A stretch of 64,000 bases of DNA from a virus, in IMG/VR virus record IMGVR_UViG_2563366762_000007, positions 635 to 64,634 of that record; one strand, 5' to 3'. Position numbers and translations under genes: made by a program. The notes below the pieces were generated by a model. It saw only the letters and a program-made list of their open reading frames with translations. It ran no database searches and was not told where the DNA came from. Positions 19,243-29,970 of the stretch are shown in pieces. Numbering within the stretch: the stretch's first letter is position 1; the number at the start of each line of letters is the position of its first letter.

Positions 19243-20742
19243 TCAAGAATTTGTGTCAGATGCAAGAGCCACAGGGTATAGATGATAGGTAAACTTCAAA
19301 TCACAAAAAGCATTCGCCGATGTTCCATCACTTCCCATACTGATATACAATCCATAACCAGAAGGCACCCGGCTTTGACGCATTTGAATATGAATATGCA
19401 ACCCAGCGTTTGAACTATCAGCACCTATAGGTGTGCTACGTGAGATTCTGGTAAAGTTCACTTCATCATTTGATATATATAAGTCTAGTTCTTTTTCACT
19501 TGTATCCGATTGGCGGCAAAGGGTAACTAAATGACAATCATAAGCTGTTGGATAAAGCAATCCACCCTGCCCGCCTATAACCACGCTACCAATTGGCAAT
19601 AATGTGTACAAAGGTCCTCGAACGCTGTTAATACCGCCCCCGCCTGTAGCATTACCGCTCAAAACATATCTCAAATAGCTTGCCCTAGTAAATGCGTTGA
19701 TAGTAGATGTTGCGGTAGAGGTAAGGGGCAATGGTGTCGTAGCATTTTCCGCTCTTTCCAATATGAATAGACTCTCACCAGAAGGAATAGTAGCATCACC
19801 AATGGAGAAAACTCGACTCGTCCAATAGGCTGTGCTTGCTGGGTTTGGTGATGTTCCTGACCCATATGCAATGTTCGCTACATCTTGAATACCCCTTATG
19901 GCTTCGGCAAGTTTCTTGACAGTATTGCGGAGAGTGCCTTGGATTAACACCTGCACATTGTTTGTTGTCGGACTGCCCAAGGATGTAACAAATGTATAGG
20001 TTACCGTGCCAAGTACTACGTTATTGCCGCTATTTATGCTCGTAAATGTGATGGATGCTCTCCGGCTTACCATATCCGGTGCAGTAGCAGTTTCTATCGG
20101 ATGCAAATGATTAAGGATAATACCAGTCCGAGTGTATAGAGTATCTCTCATATCCTCGATTAGACCATGTGTGGTATTTAGCAAATTATAGTTATCATTT
20201 AACAGACTGTGTGTTGTATTTAAAATTGCATAGTTATCATTGACTAAACCATAGGTATCATTTAATCTGCCATGTGTGGTGTTTAGCAAATCATAGTTAT
20301 TATTTAAAAGGCTGTAGATAAGGTTTAATAGATTATATGTTTCATTAATATCTAGTTCAGCTAATGCAGAAAGAACCTGATTAAGCCATTCCTGTGCAGG
20401 AGGTTCGGGCGGCTCGGCAATTCCGTCAACAAGAGCATCCTCAACAATGGTTAGTATCTGAATGCTTTTTCCGACCACCTCTCCATAAGTGACCCTTATT
20501 TCTAGACGACCGACACCGACAATAGATGTATCCGTTGCGCTAGGCGACCATGTAAGAACTCCGTCAGCATAGCTCGTGATCACTGGATAAGCATTACCAT
20601 CCGGTCTTTTGTAAATTGCATTTAACGAGGCACTGGGGTATTTTTCTTCCAATAAGCTAGATACATCAAATTCAATATTTCGATAGTGATGCTCACCTCG
20701 ACGACCGATGGACACCGTTACTGCTTTCGTTATGTCAATCAT
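19243..20742 (-). CDS. BppU-like baseplate/receptor-binding fibre with a heptad-repeat stalk
   Basis: N-terminal IGRRGE...IEFDVS...YKRPDG...LTW domain, a PPEPP linker, and LNxNYxL/LNTTHxL repeats. Confidence 0.55.
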   Translation of the reverse strand: MIDITKAVTVSIGRRGEHHYRNIEFDVSSLLEEKYPSASLNAIYKRPDGNAYPVITSYADGVLTWSPSATDTSIVGVGRLEIRVTYGEVVGKSIQILTIVEDALVDGIAEPPEPPAQEWLNQVLSALAELDINETYNLLNLIYSLLNNNYDLLNTTHGRLNDTYGLVNDNYAILNTTHSLLNDNYNLLNTTHGLIEDMRDTLYTRTGIILNHLHPIETATAPDMVSRRASITFTSINSGNNVVLGTVTYTFVTSLGSPTTNNVQVLIQGTLRNTVKKLAEAIRGIQDVANIAYGSGTSPNPASTAYWTSRVFSIGDATIPSGESLFILERAENATTPLPLTSTATSTINAFTRASYLRYVLSGNATGGGGINSVRGPLYTLLPIGSVVIGGQGGLLYPTAYDCHLVTLCRQSDTSEKELDLYISNDEVNFTRISRSTPIGADSSNAGLHIHIQMRQSRVPSGYGLYISMGSDGTSANAFCDLKFTYHLYPVALASDTNS

Positions 20743-21179
20743 ACTTCATCACCTGGCTTACGGGGTTCTTCATCACGTCCATGTAACTGCTGTAGAACTG
20801 ATTTTAGTTTCTCTGGGATGGGTAGTCCAATATGTCCGGCATTCTCCAAAATGGATACTCCTTCATTACTCAGGTAGAAAAAGATTACTGCTGTGCGTAA
20901 GGCTCCACTATTGTCTCCAATGCTACCTAAAATTTGTGTATCGATAATATGAGCAATACCTACCATTGCAAAGATAAACACCTTTTTGAAAATTCCCTTA
21001 GCACCAATGTCACTGCACAGCTTTTTATTCACAATGGCACAAAGCACTCCCGTCACATAATCGATGACAACAAAGGCAACCAACGCATAAAGAAATCCAT
21101 CATAACCTCCGAGAAACCATCCAAGAAATCCACCTACAGCGGCAATAGCCAGCTGTATCCAATTCCAAATCTCTTTCAT
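20739..21179 (-). CDS. Holin (toxin secretion/phage lysis holin family)
   Basis: TM helices, DYVTG, NEGVSILEN, GLPIP. Confidence 0.9.
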   Translation of the reverse strand: MKEIWNWIQLAIAAVGGFLGWFLGGYDGFLYALVAFVVIDYVTGVLCAIVNKKLCSDIGAKGIFKKVFIFAMVGIAHIIDTQILGSIGDNSGALRTAVIFFYLSNEGVSILENAGHIGLPIPEKLKSVLQQLHGRDEEPRKPGDEV

Positions 21180-21213
21180 TAATAGACACCTCCATTTCGT
21201 GTGTTTCCATATA

Positions 21214-21244
21214 GAAAAGCGCCCCTGCAAATGACAAGAGCGCT
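21214..21244 (-). terminator. Terminator between the tail and lysis genes
   Basis: AGCGCTCTTG...CAGGGGCGCT followed by TTT. Confidence 0.55.
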
Positions 21245-21255
21245 GAATGTTACCT

Positions 21256-23610
21256 TTACATTATTTGAATTAGATCATGTATTTGTTGCATCACATCCGC
21301 TTTTGGTCGTCCTGTACCGATAGGTAGCCATGTGACAGGTGGTATATCGAATGTCTGGGAAGAATCAAAGCTATTAACCATTAAAATAATCGAATCAATA
21401 GCCTTGCGTATTTCAACGATATGAAATGGCCAATTCTTAATAGTGGTCTTTCCTGCAATGATCTCCTCTTTCCAAGTCATAGGGGATAGATTGTAATAGC
21501 TACGCACCCTATTTACAGCAGTTCGAATCGTCTGAATATGTGCTGCCTTTACATGCGTCACATTTGGAGTAATGATTTCAAAAGGTAATGCCAATATCGT
21601 AAAAGTACGAACAACTTCTATACTTGCTGATTCGATATCACTGTCAAGACAACGGAAGGTAACCGTATGATTACCTGCAGAAAGCGGTTCAGCTTGGTAA
21701 ATTGTCTTGACCCCATTACCAAGATAGCCGCTTACAGAAAACCGCTCAGGATTGTCTAAGCTGTTTTGCCATGAACCAGAGTCAATCCTTACCTCCACTA
21801 TTTGTGTTTGTCCATCCGGTTCAATTCCTGTTGTGATCATAAAACGTGGTGTAGCATTATAAGTAAAATTGCCAGACATTGGACAGTCCACTATCGGTGC
21901 TACAGGCGGGCTGTTTTTCTTTACCGCGTTACTAACAACATAGGCAGACACTGCATCAAGCGCATCTGTGACGCTGATTCGATAACGAGTATATCTACCG
22001 GCAACCTGTGAGGCATTTACCTGAAGAGTGCCTGAAGTCGCATTGGAAATAACTGTCGTCAGTGCTTCATAAGCAGACCAATTTAGTCCATCTATCGAAG
22101 TGGCCTGTTGAATAACATATTGCTTGATGGAGCTGGTTCCAGGTACCGTTCCACTCCACGAAAGGTTTATTGTATTTACTTCATAGATAGGAGGATTTGC
22201 GGTAAAAGAAGTCGGCGGTATTGGTAGTATGTTTTTACGAACAGTATTACTGGTAATAGTCCAGCCTGAGTAAAAATCCTCTCCAGCTGTACCACGGGTT
22301 CTTATTCGGAACCGACGATAATGACCACGTGTAGCAGGTGGACTGACATTTAAAATACTGCTTGTTGCAGAAGTATTGACTATCGCCAATGCCAACCAAG
22401 CACCCCAATTGCTATTATCTGGCGAATCACTATATTGTATTTCGTAGGAAGTGATGGGATTACCTGCGCCACCAGCTGCTCCACTCCACGAAAGAGTAAC
22501 GTTTCCTTCTGATAAAGTTGCACTTACCGTGCAGGCAGTCGGTGCTGAACAGGCAGTGATGTTGCAATAAATGCTATTACTGACTTTTTCTATTGAGTAA
22601 ACATCAAATGTGTCAATTGTCCAAATACCAAATTGTGTATATGTTCCTGGGGTCCTCGATACAATTGGGTGATAGCTACCACCGCTTGCCGCCAATATCA
22701 AAGTGGTCAACACATTCCACGCACTCCATGTGCTGTTATCTGTGGATGTGCGACTGGCAATTTGATACCCCTTAATGGGACTCGTACCGCTTGATGCTCC
22801 ACTCCAAGTAAGTGTGATAGTCTCATCGCTATATGCTGCCGGGGAGGCAACAGCAGTCGTCGCTGGCTTTGGCACCGTATTTCTGCGGACAATGTTTGTG
22901 GATACTTTCCAGCTAGAGTAATAACTAGCTCCTGCTGTACCACGCGTCCGTACCCGAAACCTTCGAAAATTACCTCGCGTGGAGGGTGGTGCAACTGATA
23001 CACTGCTACTTGATGCTGTGGTGGTCACCGTGGTCAGAGCAGTCCATGCTCCCCACGTGACGTTATCAGCAGAGTCACTATATTGAATCTCGTAACTGGA
23101 AATCGAATTATTGATGCCCCCAGAAGCTCCACTCCATGAAAGAGTCACATTGCCTTCCGCAAGTACTGGAGAAACCGTACAAGATGTCGGTGCTCCACAA
23201 GCTGTAGTAAGCAATGGAGAACTTAATACCGTATAGCTCGAATTAGTAATTACCCCAGAGGATAATGGCAAACGTCCGTCAGATACCACTTTGAATGTGA
23301 CTGGCTGCGTTGCATTACCTGTAGTAGAAGCACAAGTCACCGAAACATACCTGAGCCTTGGTGTAGTTCCGTCCCAGTTATCTCCATCCGCCGCTTTAAT
23401 ACGTACTTGTGAAGAAGATCCATTTACAGTCATAGTGCAAAGCAGTGCATAACCACTATGAATGAAAGAACCTGATGATCCCAACGCAGCGGATATGGTG
23501 AAGTTGTATGTCATTTGGCTATTGTTAGGACGGCTTTTAGTATAAGTAATCGTGTAATGAACGGTCGGACTAGAACCCGCCTGCAGAGTTATGCCGTTAA
23601 TATCCGCCAC
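21256..23610 (-). CDS. Tail protein with tandem fibronectin type III-like repeats
   Basis: Four TL(S/T)WSG-like...Y.I...W units in ABAB order, S/T-rich. Confidence 0.7.
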   Translation of the reverse strand: MADINGITLQAGSSPTVHYTITYTKSRPNNSQMTYNFTISAALGSSGSFIHSGYALLCTMTVNGSSSQVRIKAADGDNWDGTTPRLRYVSVTCASTTGNATQPVTFKVVSDGRLPLSSGVITNSSYTVLSSPLLTTACGAPTSCTVSPVLAEGNVTLSWSGASGGINNSISSYEIQYSDSADNVTWGAWTALTTVTTTASSSSVSVAPPSTRGNFRRFRVRTRGTAGASYYSSWKVSTNIVRRNTVPKPATTAVASPAAYSDETITLTWSGASSGTSPIKGYQIASRTSTDNSTWSAWNVLTTLILAASGGSYHPIVSRTPGTYTQFGIWTIDTFDVYSIEKVSNSIYCNITACSAPTACTVSATLSEGNVTLSWSGAAGGAGNPITSYEIQYSDSPDNSNWGAWLALAIVNTSATSSILNVSPPATRGHYRRFRIRTRGTAGEDFYSGWTITSNTVRKNILPIPPTSFTANPPIYEVNTINLSWSGTVPGTSSIKQYVIQQATSIDGLNWSAYEALTTVISNATSGTLQVNASQVAGRYTRYRISVTDALDAVSAYVVSNAVKKNSPPVAPIVDCPMSGNFTYNATPRFMITTGIEPDGQTQIVEVRIDSGSWQNSLDNPERFSVSGYLGNGVKTIYQAEPLSAGNHTVTFRCLDSDIESASIEVVRTFTILALPFEIITPNVTHVKAAHIQTIRTAVNRVRSYYNLSPMTWKEEIIAGKTTIKNWPFHIVEIRKAIDSIILMVNSFDSSQTFDIPPVTWLPIGTGRPKADVMQQIHDLIQIM

Positions 23611-23623
23611 TTTCATTCACCTC

Positions 23624-24127
23624 CTATTCATAAACAGCCGAAACTAGCGAGTTTACCAATCCGCAAAGACTAGTATTCAATCGTGTATCTATAATGTTAT
23701 TTACTGAAATCGATGTAGCAGCCGAAGGTACTAGAACATCAGCAATACCTAGTTCATAGACATCGCTTGTTCTTGTCAACTCCGAAGCTATGGGCGATGC
23801 CGTTGGAGTACCAGTAACAATGGCGAGCTGAATGCTTCTCGTAATTTGACTTAAACGAACCACAACCCTGTCTATGCGAGGATTGCTCCCATCTGCTGTA
23901 GCAAGGGGTTTATTTAATACATCCGTATTTTCATATCGATAACCATTAATCCATGCACTGCCCGGTGCTATGGTTACTGCTAATCCAATCCCAGGAGATA
24001 CCAGTAAGTTTGTTGGTGTCGCATAAAATACACCATTCGAGACAAGGCTTCCAAAATATGCAGCGAAATCTGTTGCGTCATAGATTCTATCTCCATCAGA
24101 TGAGTTGAAAAATCCACTTTTCTCCAT
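23624..24127 (-). CDS. Phage baseplate/minor structural protein
   Basis: MEKSGFFNS..GDRIY...G.AWING...RIDRVV, located after Tal. Confidence 0.7.
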   Translation of the reverse strand: MEKSGFFNSSDGDRIYDATDFAAYFGSLVSNGVFYATPTNLLVSPGIGLAVTIAPGSAWINGYRYENTDVLNKPLATADGSNPRIDRVVVRLSQITRSIQLAIVTGTPTASPIASELTRTSDVYELGIADVLVPSAATSISVNNIIDTRLNTSLCGLVNSLVSAVYE

Positions 24128-24144
24128 AAACTATTCCCTCCTTA

Positions 24145-26082
24145 CTAAACGGTTTTTGTGTACTCTATAACTACATAGCCTGTATATGCAGTTCTATCAT
24201 TGCCTGGTTCGACTACAATGTCGGTCATATTCACGAAGAGTCCGATTTGAGATGCAAAGTTGTTGTAACGAGCAAGGGGCAGTGGCAAGAAAACACTCCC
24301 ATTCGTGACAAAACCGGTTAAACTGACAACAGTGCTGAGGTTTGCTATACCATGAGGTACATGTTTTGGTGTTGTATCCGTAAGCGAACCGAGATTTATC
24401 TCTTTACGATAAATCGTCTTGCCATCTATCCATAGCCGCCCTGTGTTTTGTTCTGTAGTTGAGTAGTCGCTAAAGGAAGAAGCCAGTTTAGTGGCTGTAA
24501 TTGTACGGTCTGCAATTTTCAAGCCAGTGACTGCTCCATTGGCAATCCTTGCAGTAGTTACAGGTTCGTTATTGATATTAAGCCAGTTTGCTTGACCAGA
24601 AGGGTTGTTAAATACGAAAACAGAAATCACATAAAATGTCATGGTATTACGAGAAATAAAGAAACCCATTGCCCGCTGATAGCCATTCCCCGTGTTATCC
24701 CCGTTATGCTTTACCAAAAAGACATGACCGTCATCACTTGGCTGGTCACTAAACTTATTGCCACTCCATGAGGTGAAATAAAAGGCATCCCCAGAGTTCA
24801 TATGATACAACGCATATTGTCCAATGGATATAGTACCTCCACCCACATTAATTTCGAGTGCTGGTAGTTTACCATACAGATTATTGATAGTAGATGCTAC
24901 GCTGTCTCCTTGAATCTCTGAATCTACCTCAGTCAAGTCACCTAAGGTTTCCTCCACAATTCCCAACGTTTCCTCCACGGTCCCTATAGCCTGTGCAATT
25001 TCGGATATGCCCATTGGAGCCAATATCGCTGTTTTAACCTCGCTTAAGTCAGAGCGGATTTTTTGTGCTATCGTTAACTCCGCTTTTCCAAACACTACAC
25101 TGATGCTCTGACCGTCTGCGTCATAGGTTTCCTCGACTTCGGTGATACGTGTCGTCATGGATACACCCCACGCTTTGGAAATAACTTTGACGGTCTGCCC
25201 AAGATCGAAGTCTATCTTATATGTTAAATTGCCGTGTGGATTGACTGATGTATCAAATGAATAGCGTATTGCCTGCTCACTAAGCTTACTTTGACCTCGA
25301 AAGATTAGTGTATCAATGTAATCCGAACCAAAGTCTTCCGCCCGCAAATCCTTAGCATCCACAAAAATCTCATGTCTTGTCTCACCTGAGCCACTTGTAA
25401 TGGCAACAAAGGTACGCTCTGTACCTTCTCCTTCGCCAGCAACAAGGGCAGTGTTGGCATAATCTCCAGCACTTATTGTATAAATCTGTTCCGTGAGGTT
25501 CTCATATTCCTTAGAAAATACAGCTTGTGATTCCGTTCCCATATATAACGCTACGGTAAAAACCCCTGTAGTAGGAGTGAACACAGTCTTAATGCCAACA
25601 TCCGATGCAACACATAGTTCCGTCACAGCATCCATCAAATTTCGATACGATACCTGTGTGCTGATAGGAACATTAAAGTTTGGAGCAGAAAAGGATATGT
25701 TCGCAATCTTCCTTGCTACATCAGAAGGATTGATAAGATTATTATTTAAAAGTTGCTCAACACAAGTAGAAATATCACCAGACAATTTCTCCGTTTGCCA
25801 AACAATGCGGCGGGAGAGGAAGGAAGTTGCAAACCGACCACTTGCAGTAATAATTTCATGCTCGGTTTGAAAAAGTTCCAGATGTTCGATGATCCCGACT
25901 TCCTCATCATCATTTTTCCAGATGATATTCCCTTCCTTTAATAGTTCTGTATTTTCCAAAGTTGCAATCGCTTTTAACTCAAATGAGCCACACTGGGAAT
26001 AGCGTCTCGTCCAGCGTAAGTACTCGAAGGACTCCACAATGCCCACAAGATCTCGGTTTGAATTGTAGATATACAGTTCCAT
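24145..26082 (-). CDS. Siphovirus Gp37-like/Tal tail protein with a fibre-like C-terminal extension
   Basis: LRWTRRYSQCGSFEL, VAGEGEGTER, DFDLGQTV, then IANGAVT/IADRTIT repeats and WIDGKTIYRK. Confidence 0.75.
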   Translation of the reverse strand: MELYIYNSNRDLVGIVESFEYLRWTRRYSQCGSFELKAIATLENTELLKEGNIIWKNDDEEVGIIEHLELFQTEHEIITASGRFATSFLSRRIVWQTEKLSGDISTCVEQLLNNNLINPSDVARKIANISFSAPNFNVPISTQVSYRNLMDAVTELCVASDVGIKTVFTPTTGVFTVALYMGTESQAVFSKEYENLTEQIYTISAGDYANTALVAGEGEGTERTFVAITSGSGETRHEIFVDAKDLRAEDFGSDYIDTLIFRGQSKLSEQAIRYSFDTSVNPHGNLTYKIDFDLGQTVKVISKAWGVSMTTRITEVEETYDADGQSISVVFGKAELTIAQKIRSDLSEVKTAILAPMGISEIAQAIGTVEETLGIVEETLGDLTEVDSEIQGDSVASTINNLYGKLPALEINVGGGTISIGQYALYHMNSGDAFYFTSWSGNKFSDQPSDDGHVFLVKHNGDNTGNGYQRAMGFFISRNTMTFYVISVFVFNNPSGQANWLNINNEPVTTARIANGAVTGLKIADRTITATKLASSFSDYSTTEQNTGRLWIDGKTIYRKEINLGSLTDTTPKHVPHGIANLSTVVSLTGFVTNGSVFLPLPLARYNNFASQIGLFVNMTDIVVEPGNDRTAYTGYVVIEYTKTV

Positions 26083-26084
26083 TT

Positions 26085-26936
26085 TCACACCCCCAGAAAC
26101 TGCGGACGAAAGTAAATACTAACCTCTAGCAGTTCCATATTGACTGAAGCATCGTATCGTAGTGTATTAAGACCTGCCGCGAGTTGAAAGAACACCGAAT
26201 TGGTATCCAACAGTGAAAAAGCATTTGTAATCGTTGACCCATTAATCTGGACCACACGCTTACCAGCGAAGTGGGTGTATACGCGAAGTTCATCCCCAGC
26301 GCTCATTGTAGTGAGAAGTCGGATATATTCTCCCGTGTCTATGTTTAATAGTTCAGGGTTCGACACAGTACCTAAGGCTCGGAATACAATCTCACATCCA
26401 CAAGATACATCCCCGATATTTTCCACTGTAATGATTTGGCTAGGTTGACGCATTCCGAACTCCATCCCACTCATAGGAATTTCCAATTCAAACTCAAATA
26501 GCGGTATCCATGATGCCAGTTCCTCTCGCACCTCATTTAATGTCTCGAAGAAAGGGGATGGGCAGAGTAGACTGACAAAGAAGTTTGGTATTCGTTGCCG
26601 ATTAGAAACACTAAAACCCGCCTCCTCCACCACGCAGGATATCTGTCGGTCACGGTATTGAAGGGTCCCTAGTAGCTTTGGGCTGAATATTTGAAGGAAT
26701 CGTTGTCTCCTTTTAAAGGCTTCATCGGGAGTATCAGCAACAACCGTACCTTCAATCGTTATGTTTCGCATATCTAGTGTGGAGGAAATATAAAAAGCGC
26801 CATCCTGATCCGGCGCCTTGAAAGTGTTGACGGTTTGACGAATATTTCCAGTACCGTCTACCTTCGTAAGAAAGTACGGTCGGCTTTGCTTAAGCGTAAT
26901 ACTCTCTCCATCTCTATTGGTGTATGTTAGCTCCAT
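26085..26936 (-). CDS. Distal tail protein (Dit)
   Basis: QDGA...RNITIEG...CPSPFF...FFQLAAGLN, located after the TMP. Confidence 0.8.
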   Translation of the reverse strand: MELTYTNRDGESITLKQSRPYFLTKVDGTGNIRQTVNTFKAPDQDGAFYISSTLDMRNITIEGTVVADTPDEAFKRRQRFLQIFSPKLLGTLQYRDRQISCVVEEAGFSVSNRQRIPNFFVSLLCPSPFFETLNEVREELASWIPLFEFELEIPMSGMEFGMRQPSQIITVENIGDVSCGCEIVFRALGTVSNPELLNIDTGEYIRLLTTMSAGDELRVYTHFAGKRVVQINGSTITNAFSLLDTNSVFFQLAAGLNTLRYDASVNMELLEVSIYFRPQFLGV

Positions 26937-26949
26937 TTCCGTACCTCCT

Positions 26950-29370
26950 TTACAATTCAAGTGCCAGTTTACGGGATAGGTTCTTAAACTCCCGTGCTAA
27001 TTCTTTTTCTGATAGAGCTTTAGGTGTCACAACTGAAATATTTTGAGTGATACTTGAACCCGTGGCATTACCTTGTCCAGATACACCTCTGTAATTAAAA
27101 TCAAAGCTGGTTGGTACTGCATTTTGCATATCCCTTGAAACTGCTGTCATTGCATCCTCAAAACCTACACCGATACCTTCACCCATGTTGTGGCCAATTC
27201 CAGCAAATAGAGTTGAAGGGGAGCGGATACCGAAAAAGTCTTTTATCCTCGATACAACATTTCCGAAAAACCCGGATATTTTACCCCATAACCATGCACC
27301 TGCGTCTGATATACCCTTCCACAACCCTTTAATCAAATTGCCGCCCACTTGTGCCATTTGACCGATATAGCCAGTAAAGGCCCTAACCAGTCCAGAGATA
27401 ATCTGCGGTACGGCTTTTACGATCTCCACGATTATCCTTGGCAGATTTGCAATCAGTGCCACAAACAGTTGTACACCCGCTAAGATAATCTTATCGATGT
27501 TACCAATAATGGCATTGACCAGCGAGCTAACAATCTTGGGAATAGCACCTACAACAGTAGTAATAATCTGTGGCAATGCCTGTATGAGTGATATTAGAAG
27601 CCGGATACCTGCATCAATAATCAAAGGAATCGACCCAATAACAGCACTGATGATACTATCGATAATTTGCGGAATTGCTTCCACAACTGCTGTAATAATG
27701 GTAGGCAAAGCTGTGACCAGTGAGGTCAATAATTGAATACCCGCATCAATAATCTGTGGAATAGATGCAATGATAAAATCCACTATTGCTTTGATGATGA
27801 CCGGTAAGGCAGAAGTAAGCTGAGGTATTGCCTCTACCAATCCCTGTGCTAACCCTATAATCAACTGCAAAGCGGCATCCAAAATGAGTGGTAGGTTATC
27901 CATCAATCCTTGGACAATCTGCATAACTGCAGAAACTGCCGCAGGGATGAGTTGTGGTAACGCTATGCCGATTCCCTCCACAAGTGCTGTTACTAATTCA
28001 ATTGCTGCATTTATTAGCAGTGGAAGGTTATCAATTAATGCACCGACAATCGTCATTAGAGCACTTACCGTCGCTGGAATAAGTTCGGGTAAAAGGCTCA
28101 AAATTGTTTCCAGTACTTGCGCGAATATATTTGTAACCAATTCAAGAAGCATTGGTAGCAAGTCTGCAACCGCCGCTAATATTGCGCCTGTCGCTGTTGG
28201 CAAGGCGGCTACGATATTTTCTAAAACCGGTACAATATTAGTGACAACCGCCTCGAAAGCATCAACAAGATTCTCAGTCAGATTCGTCATATCAGCATTG
28301 GCATTACCGAGTCCAGCTGTAAATGAACCAAGTGCGGCCTGTAGTAACCCAATAGAACCGGAGATTGTCTCGGTTGATTCTTTTGCAAAGTTACCTGCAT
28401 ACTGCTCTGTGTTCTCAAAGAACATTTGCATTGCTACTTCGGCTTTTTCCGCTTGTGTTGCAGTATTCCAAGTGAAATCCAGACCCTTTGCGAGAGCATA
28501 GGCTTCGATGTTTGTAGCGTTCATCGCAACACCTAAGTTATCCATCATATCAAAGTTACCCTTTGCCGCCCCAGTGACTGCCTCCAATGCCGAGGACATA
28601 TCAATACCCATAACAGATGCCATGTCTGCCGCACGTTGCATGGCCTTTTCAGTTAGCTCAAGACTTCTCTGTTGCTGTATACCAGAACCTTGGAATAACG
28701 CGCCCATTTTGTTGGCAGTTGCAAGGTACTCACTTTGGGAAACACCAAGATTTTTATAAGCTTCCTCACCCGTTTTCTGAATCGATGCAGCGTATGCACC
28801 AAAAACCGCTTCTGAGCCGCCCAGGTTTTGTTCCAGCTCTCCAAACTGCGTGACTACTTCTTTACCTAACTTAATAGCAGCGGCTCCGGCTGCAACTGCA
28901 ACCGCACCCATCGCCACACTAATTCCCTTGAGTACACCGCCAAGCTTTTCAAACCTGCCACCAGCATCCTCTGCACTTTTACCTGAATCCTCTAACTCTT
29001 CACCGAGATTATCCGCTTCAATTGTAGACTCCTCAAGTTCACGTTCCATAAGGTTCAGTTCTGCCTGAGCCCTATTTAATTGGATCTGCCAGTTTTGGGT
29101 ACGACGGTCATTTTCACCGAAAGAGGAGGAGGCATTATCAAGGGCAGCCTTAAGGGTAGAAATCTTTTCTTTCTGTGCGTCAATTTCTTTATTTAAAACG
29201 GCATTTCGAGCCGTGATCGATTGAATGGATTTATCGTTTTTATCAAATTGACTGGTTACAAGGGCCATTTCACTACCTAGTACCTTAAATGATTGATTGA
29301 TTTCGGAGAGTGCCTTCTTAAATTCTCGCTCACCCTCGACACCTATTTTTAATCCAAAATTATCCGCCAT
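26950..29370 (-). CDS. Tape measure protein
   Basis: Coiled-coil N-terminus, amphipathic LPQII repeats, FGIRSPS C-terminal motif. Confidence 0.9.
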   Translation of the reverse strand: MADNFGLKIGVEGEREFKKALSEINQSFKVLGSEMALVTSQFDKNDKSIQSITARNAVLNKEIDAQKEKISTLKAALDNASSSFGENDRRTQNWQIQLNRAQAELNLMERELEESTIEADNLGEELEDSGKSAEDAGGRFEKLGGVLKGISVAMGAVAVAAGAAAIKLGKEVVTQFGELEQNLGGSEAVFGAYAASIQKTGEEAYKNLGVSQSEYLATANKMGALFQGSGIQQQRSLELTEKAMQRAADMASVMGIDMSSALEAVTGAAKGNFDMMDNLGVAMNATNIEAYALAKGLDFTWNTATQAEKAEVAMQMFFENTEQYAGNFAKESTETISGSIGLLQAALGSFTAGLGNANADMTNLTENLVDAFEAVVTNIVPVLENIVAALPTATGAILAAVADLLPMLLELVTNIFAQVLETILSLLPELIPATVSALMTIVGALIDNLPLLINAAIELVTALVEGIGIALPQLIPAAVSAVMQIVQGLMDNLPLILDAALQLIIGLAQGLVEAIPQLTSALPVIIKAIVDFIIASIPQIIDAGIQLLTSLVTALPTIITAVVEAIPQIIDSIISAVIGSIPLIIDAGIRLLISLIQALPQIITTVVGAIPKIVSSLVNAIIGNIDKIILAGVQLFVALIANLPRIIVEIVKAVPQIISGLVRAFTGYIGQMAQVGGNLIKGLWKGISDAGAWLWGKISGFFGNVVSRIKDFFGIRSPSTLFAGIGHNMGEGIGVGFEDAMTAVSRDMQNAVPTSFDFNYRGVSGQGNATGSSITQNISVVTPKALSEKELAREFKNLSRKLALEL

Positions 29371-29384
29371 CCCTTCACCTCCTC

Positions 29385-29594
29385 CTATATGCCTAGTGGG
29401 ATAATATCGTCAATGGTCTGAGTTTTCTTTGGCTTTTCAATGCCATGCCACTGCTTATGGCAAGCCCATAAATCAAAAAACAGTCCAATTGGCAGAAGCC
29501 AGAATTCCTCTGCCTCCATGCCCATCTGGACTGTTCCATAATAAAGAAGCCGGGTAAAGACCTCAGCGTCCGTTACCCGACTTCCACGTTTTTT
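29385..29594 (-). CDS. -1 frameshift extension of the tail assembly chaperone (gpGT-like)
   Basis: Slippery A AAA AAC at 29594-29588. The -1 frame is open for 67 codons (RGSRVTDAEVFTRLLYYG...DDIIPLGI*). Confidence 0.75.
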   Translation of the reverse strand, partial: KKRGSRVTDAEVFTRLLYYGTVQMGMEAEEFWLLPIGLFFDLWACHKQWHGIEKPKKTQTIDDIIPLGI

Positions 29595-29959
29595 GGAGTT
29601 TCCTCCTCACTTTCCACATTTCTCTTTGTACCTTTGAACATTGCCTCGGTAATTGCAGTTTTATATGCCGCTAAGTCAAGCGGTGAAGTAAGAAGCTCCA
29701 CTTCTTCCTCTGTAAGCAATTCTTCTGGTGCGTTCTTATTCTTAAGATTACGAATCAAAATGGACTGGTTTGCAAGCAATGTAATTAGCCAAACAATCTC
29801 GTCCAGTGCCATCTCGAAGTTTTCTGATTTCATCAGTTTTTCTCCAAGGTTTTCAAGACCACCGTAACGACCGGCAATGGCCTTTGTTGCACGTGTAGTT
29901 AAAACCAGTTCATACTCTTTGTCACGTATGTTGATTGAGGCACTTCTATCATTATCCAT
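29573..29959 (-). CDS. Tail assembly chaperone
   Basis: Lies between the major tail and TMP genes, with a slippery site at its 3' end. Confidence 0.8.
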   Translation of the reverse strand: MDNDRSASINIRDKEYELVLTTRATKAIAGRYGGLENLGEKLMKSENFEMALDEIVWLITLLANQSILIRNLKNKNAPEELLTEEEVELLTSPLDLAAYKTAITEAMFKGTKRNVESEEETPKNVEVG

Positions 29960-29970
29960 GATTTCCCCTC

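Noticed and set aside
19243-26082. Diversity-generating retroelement or invertible tail cassette
   Set aside because: No reverse transcriptase, no template/variable repeat pair and no invertase sites were seen. The repeats are in-frame domain duplications.
27111-29068. Long antisense ORFs inside the tape measure gene and other phage genes
   Set aside because: Shadow frames produced by codon bias in the real genes.
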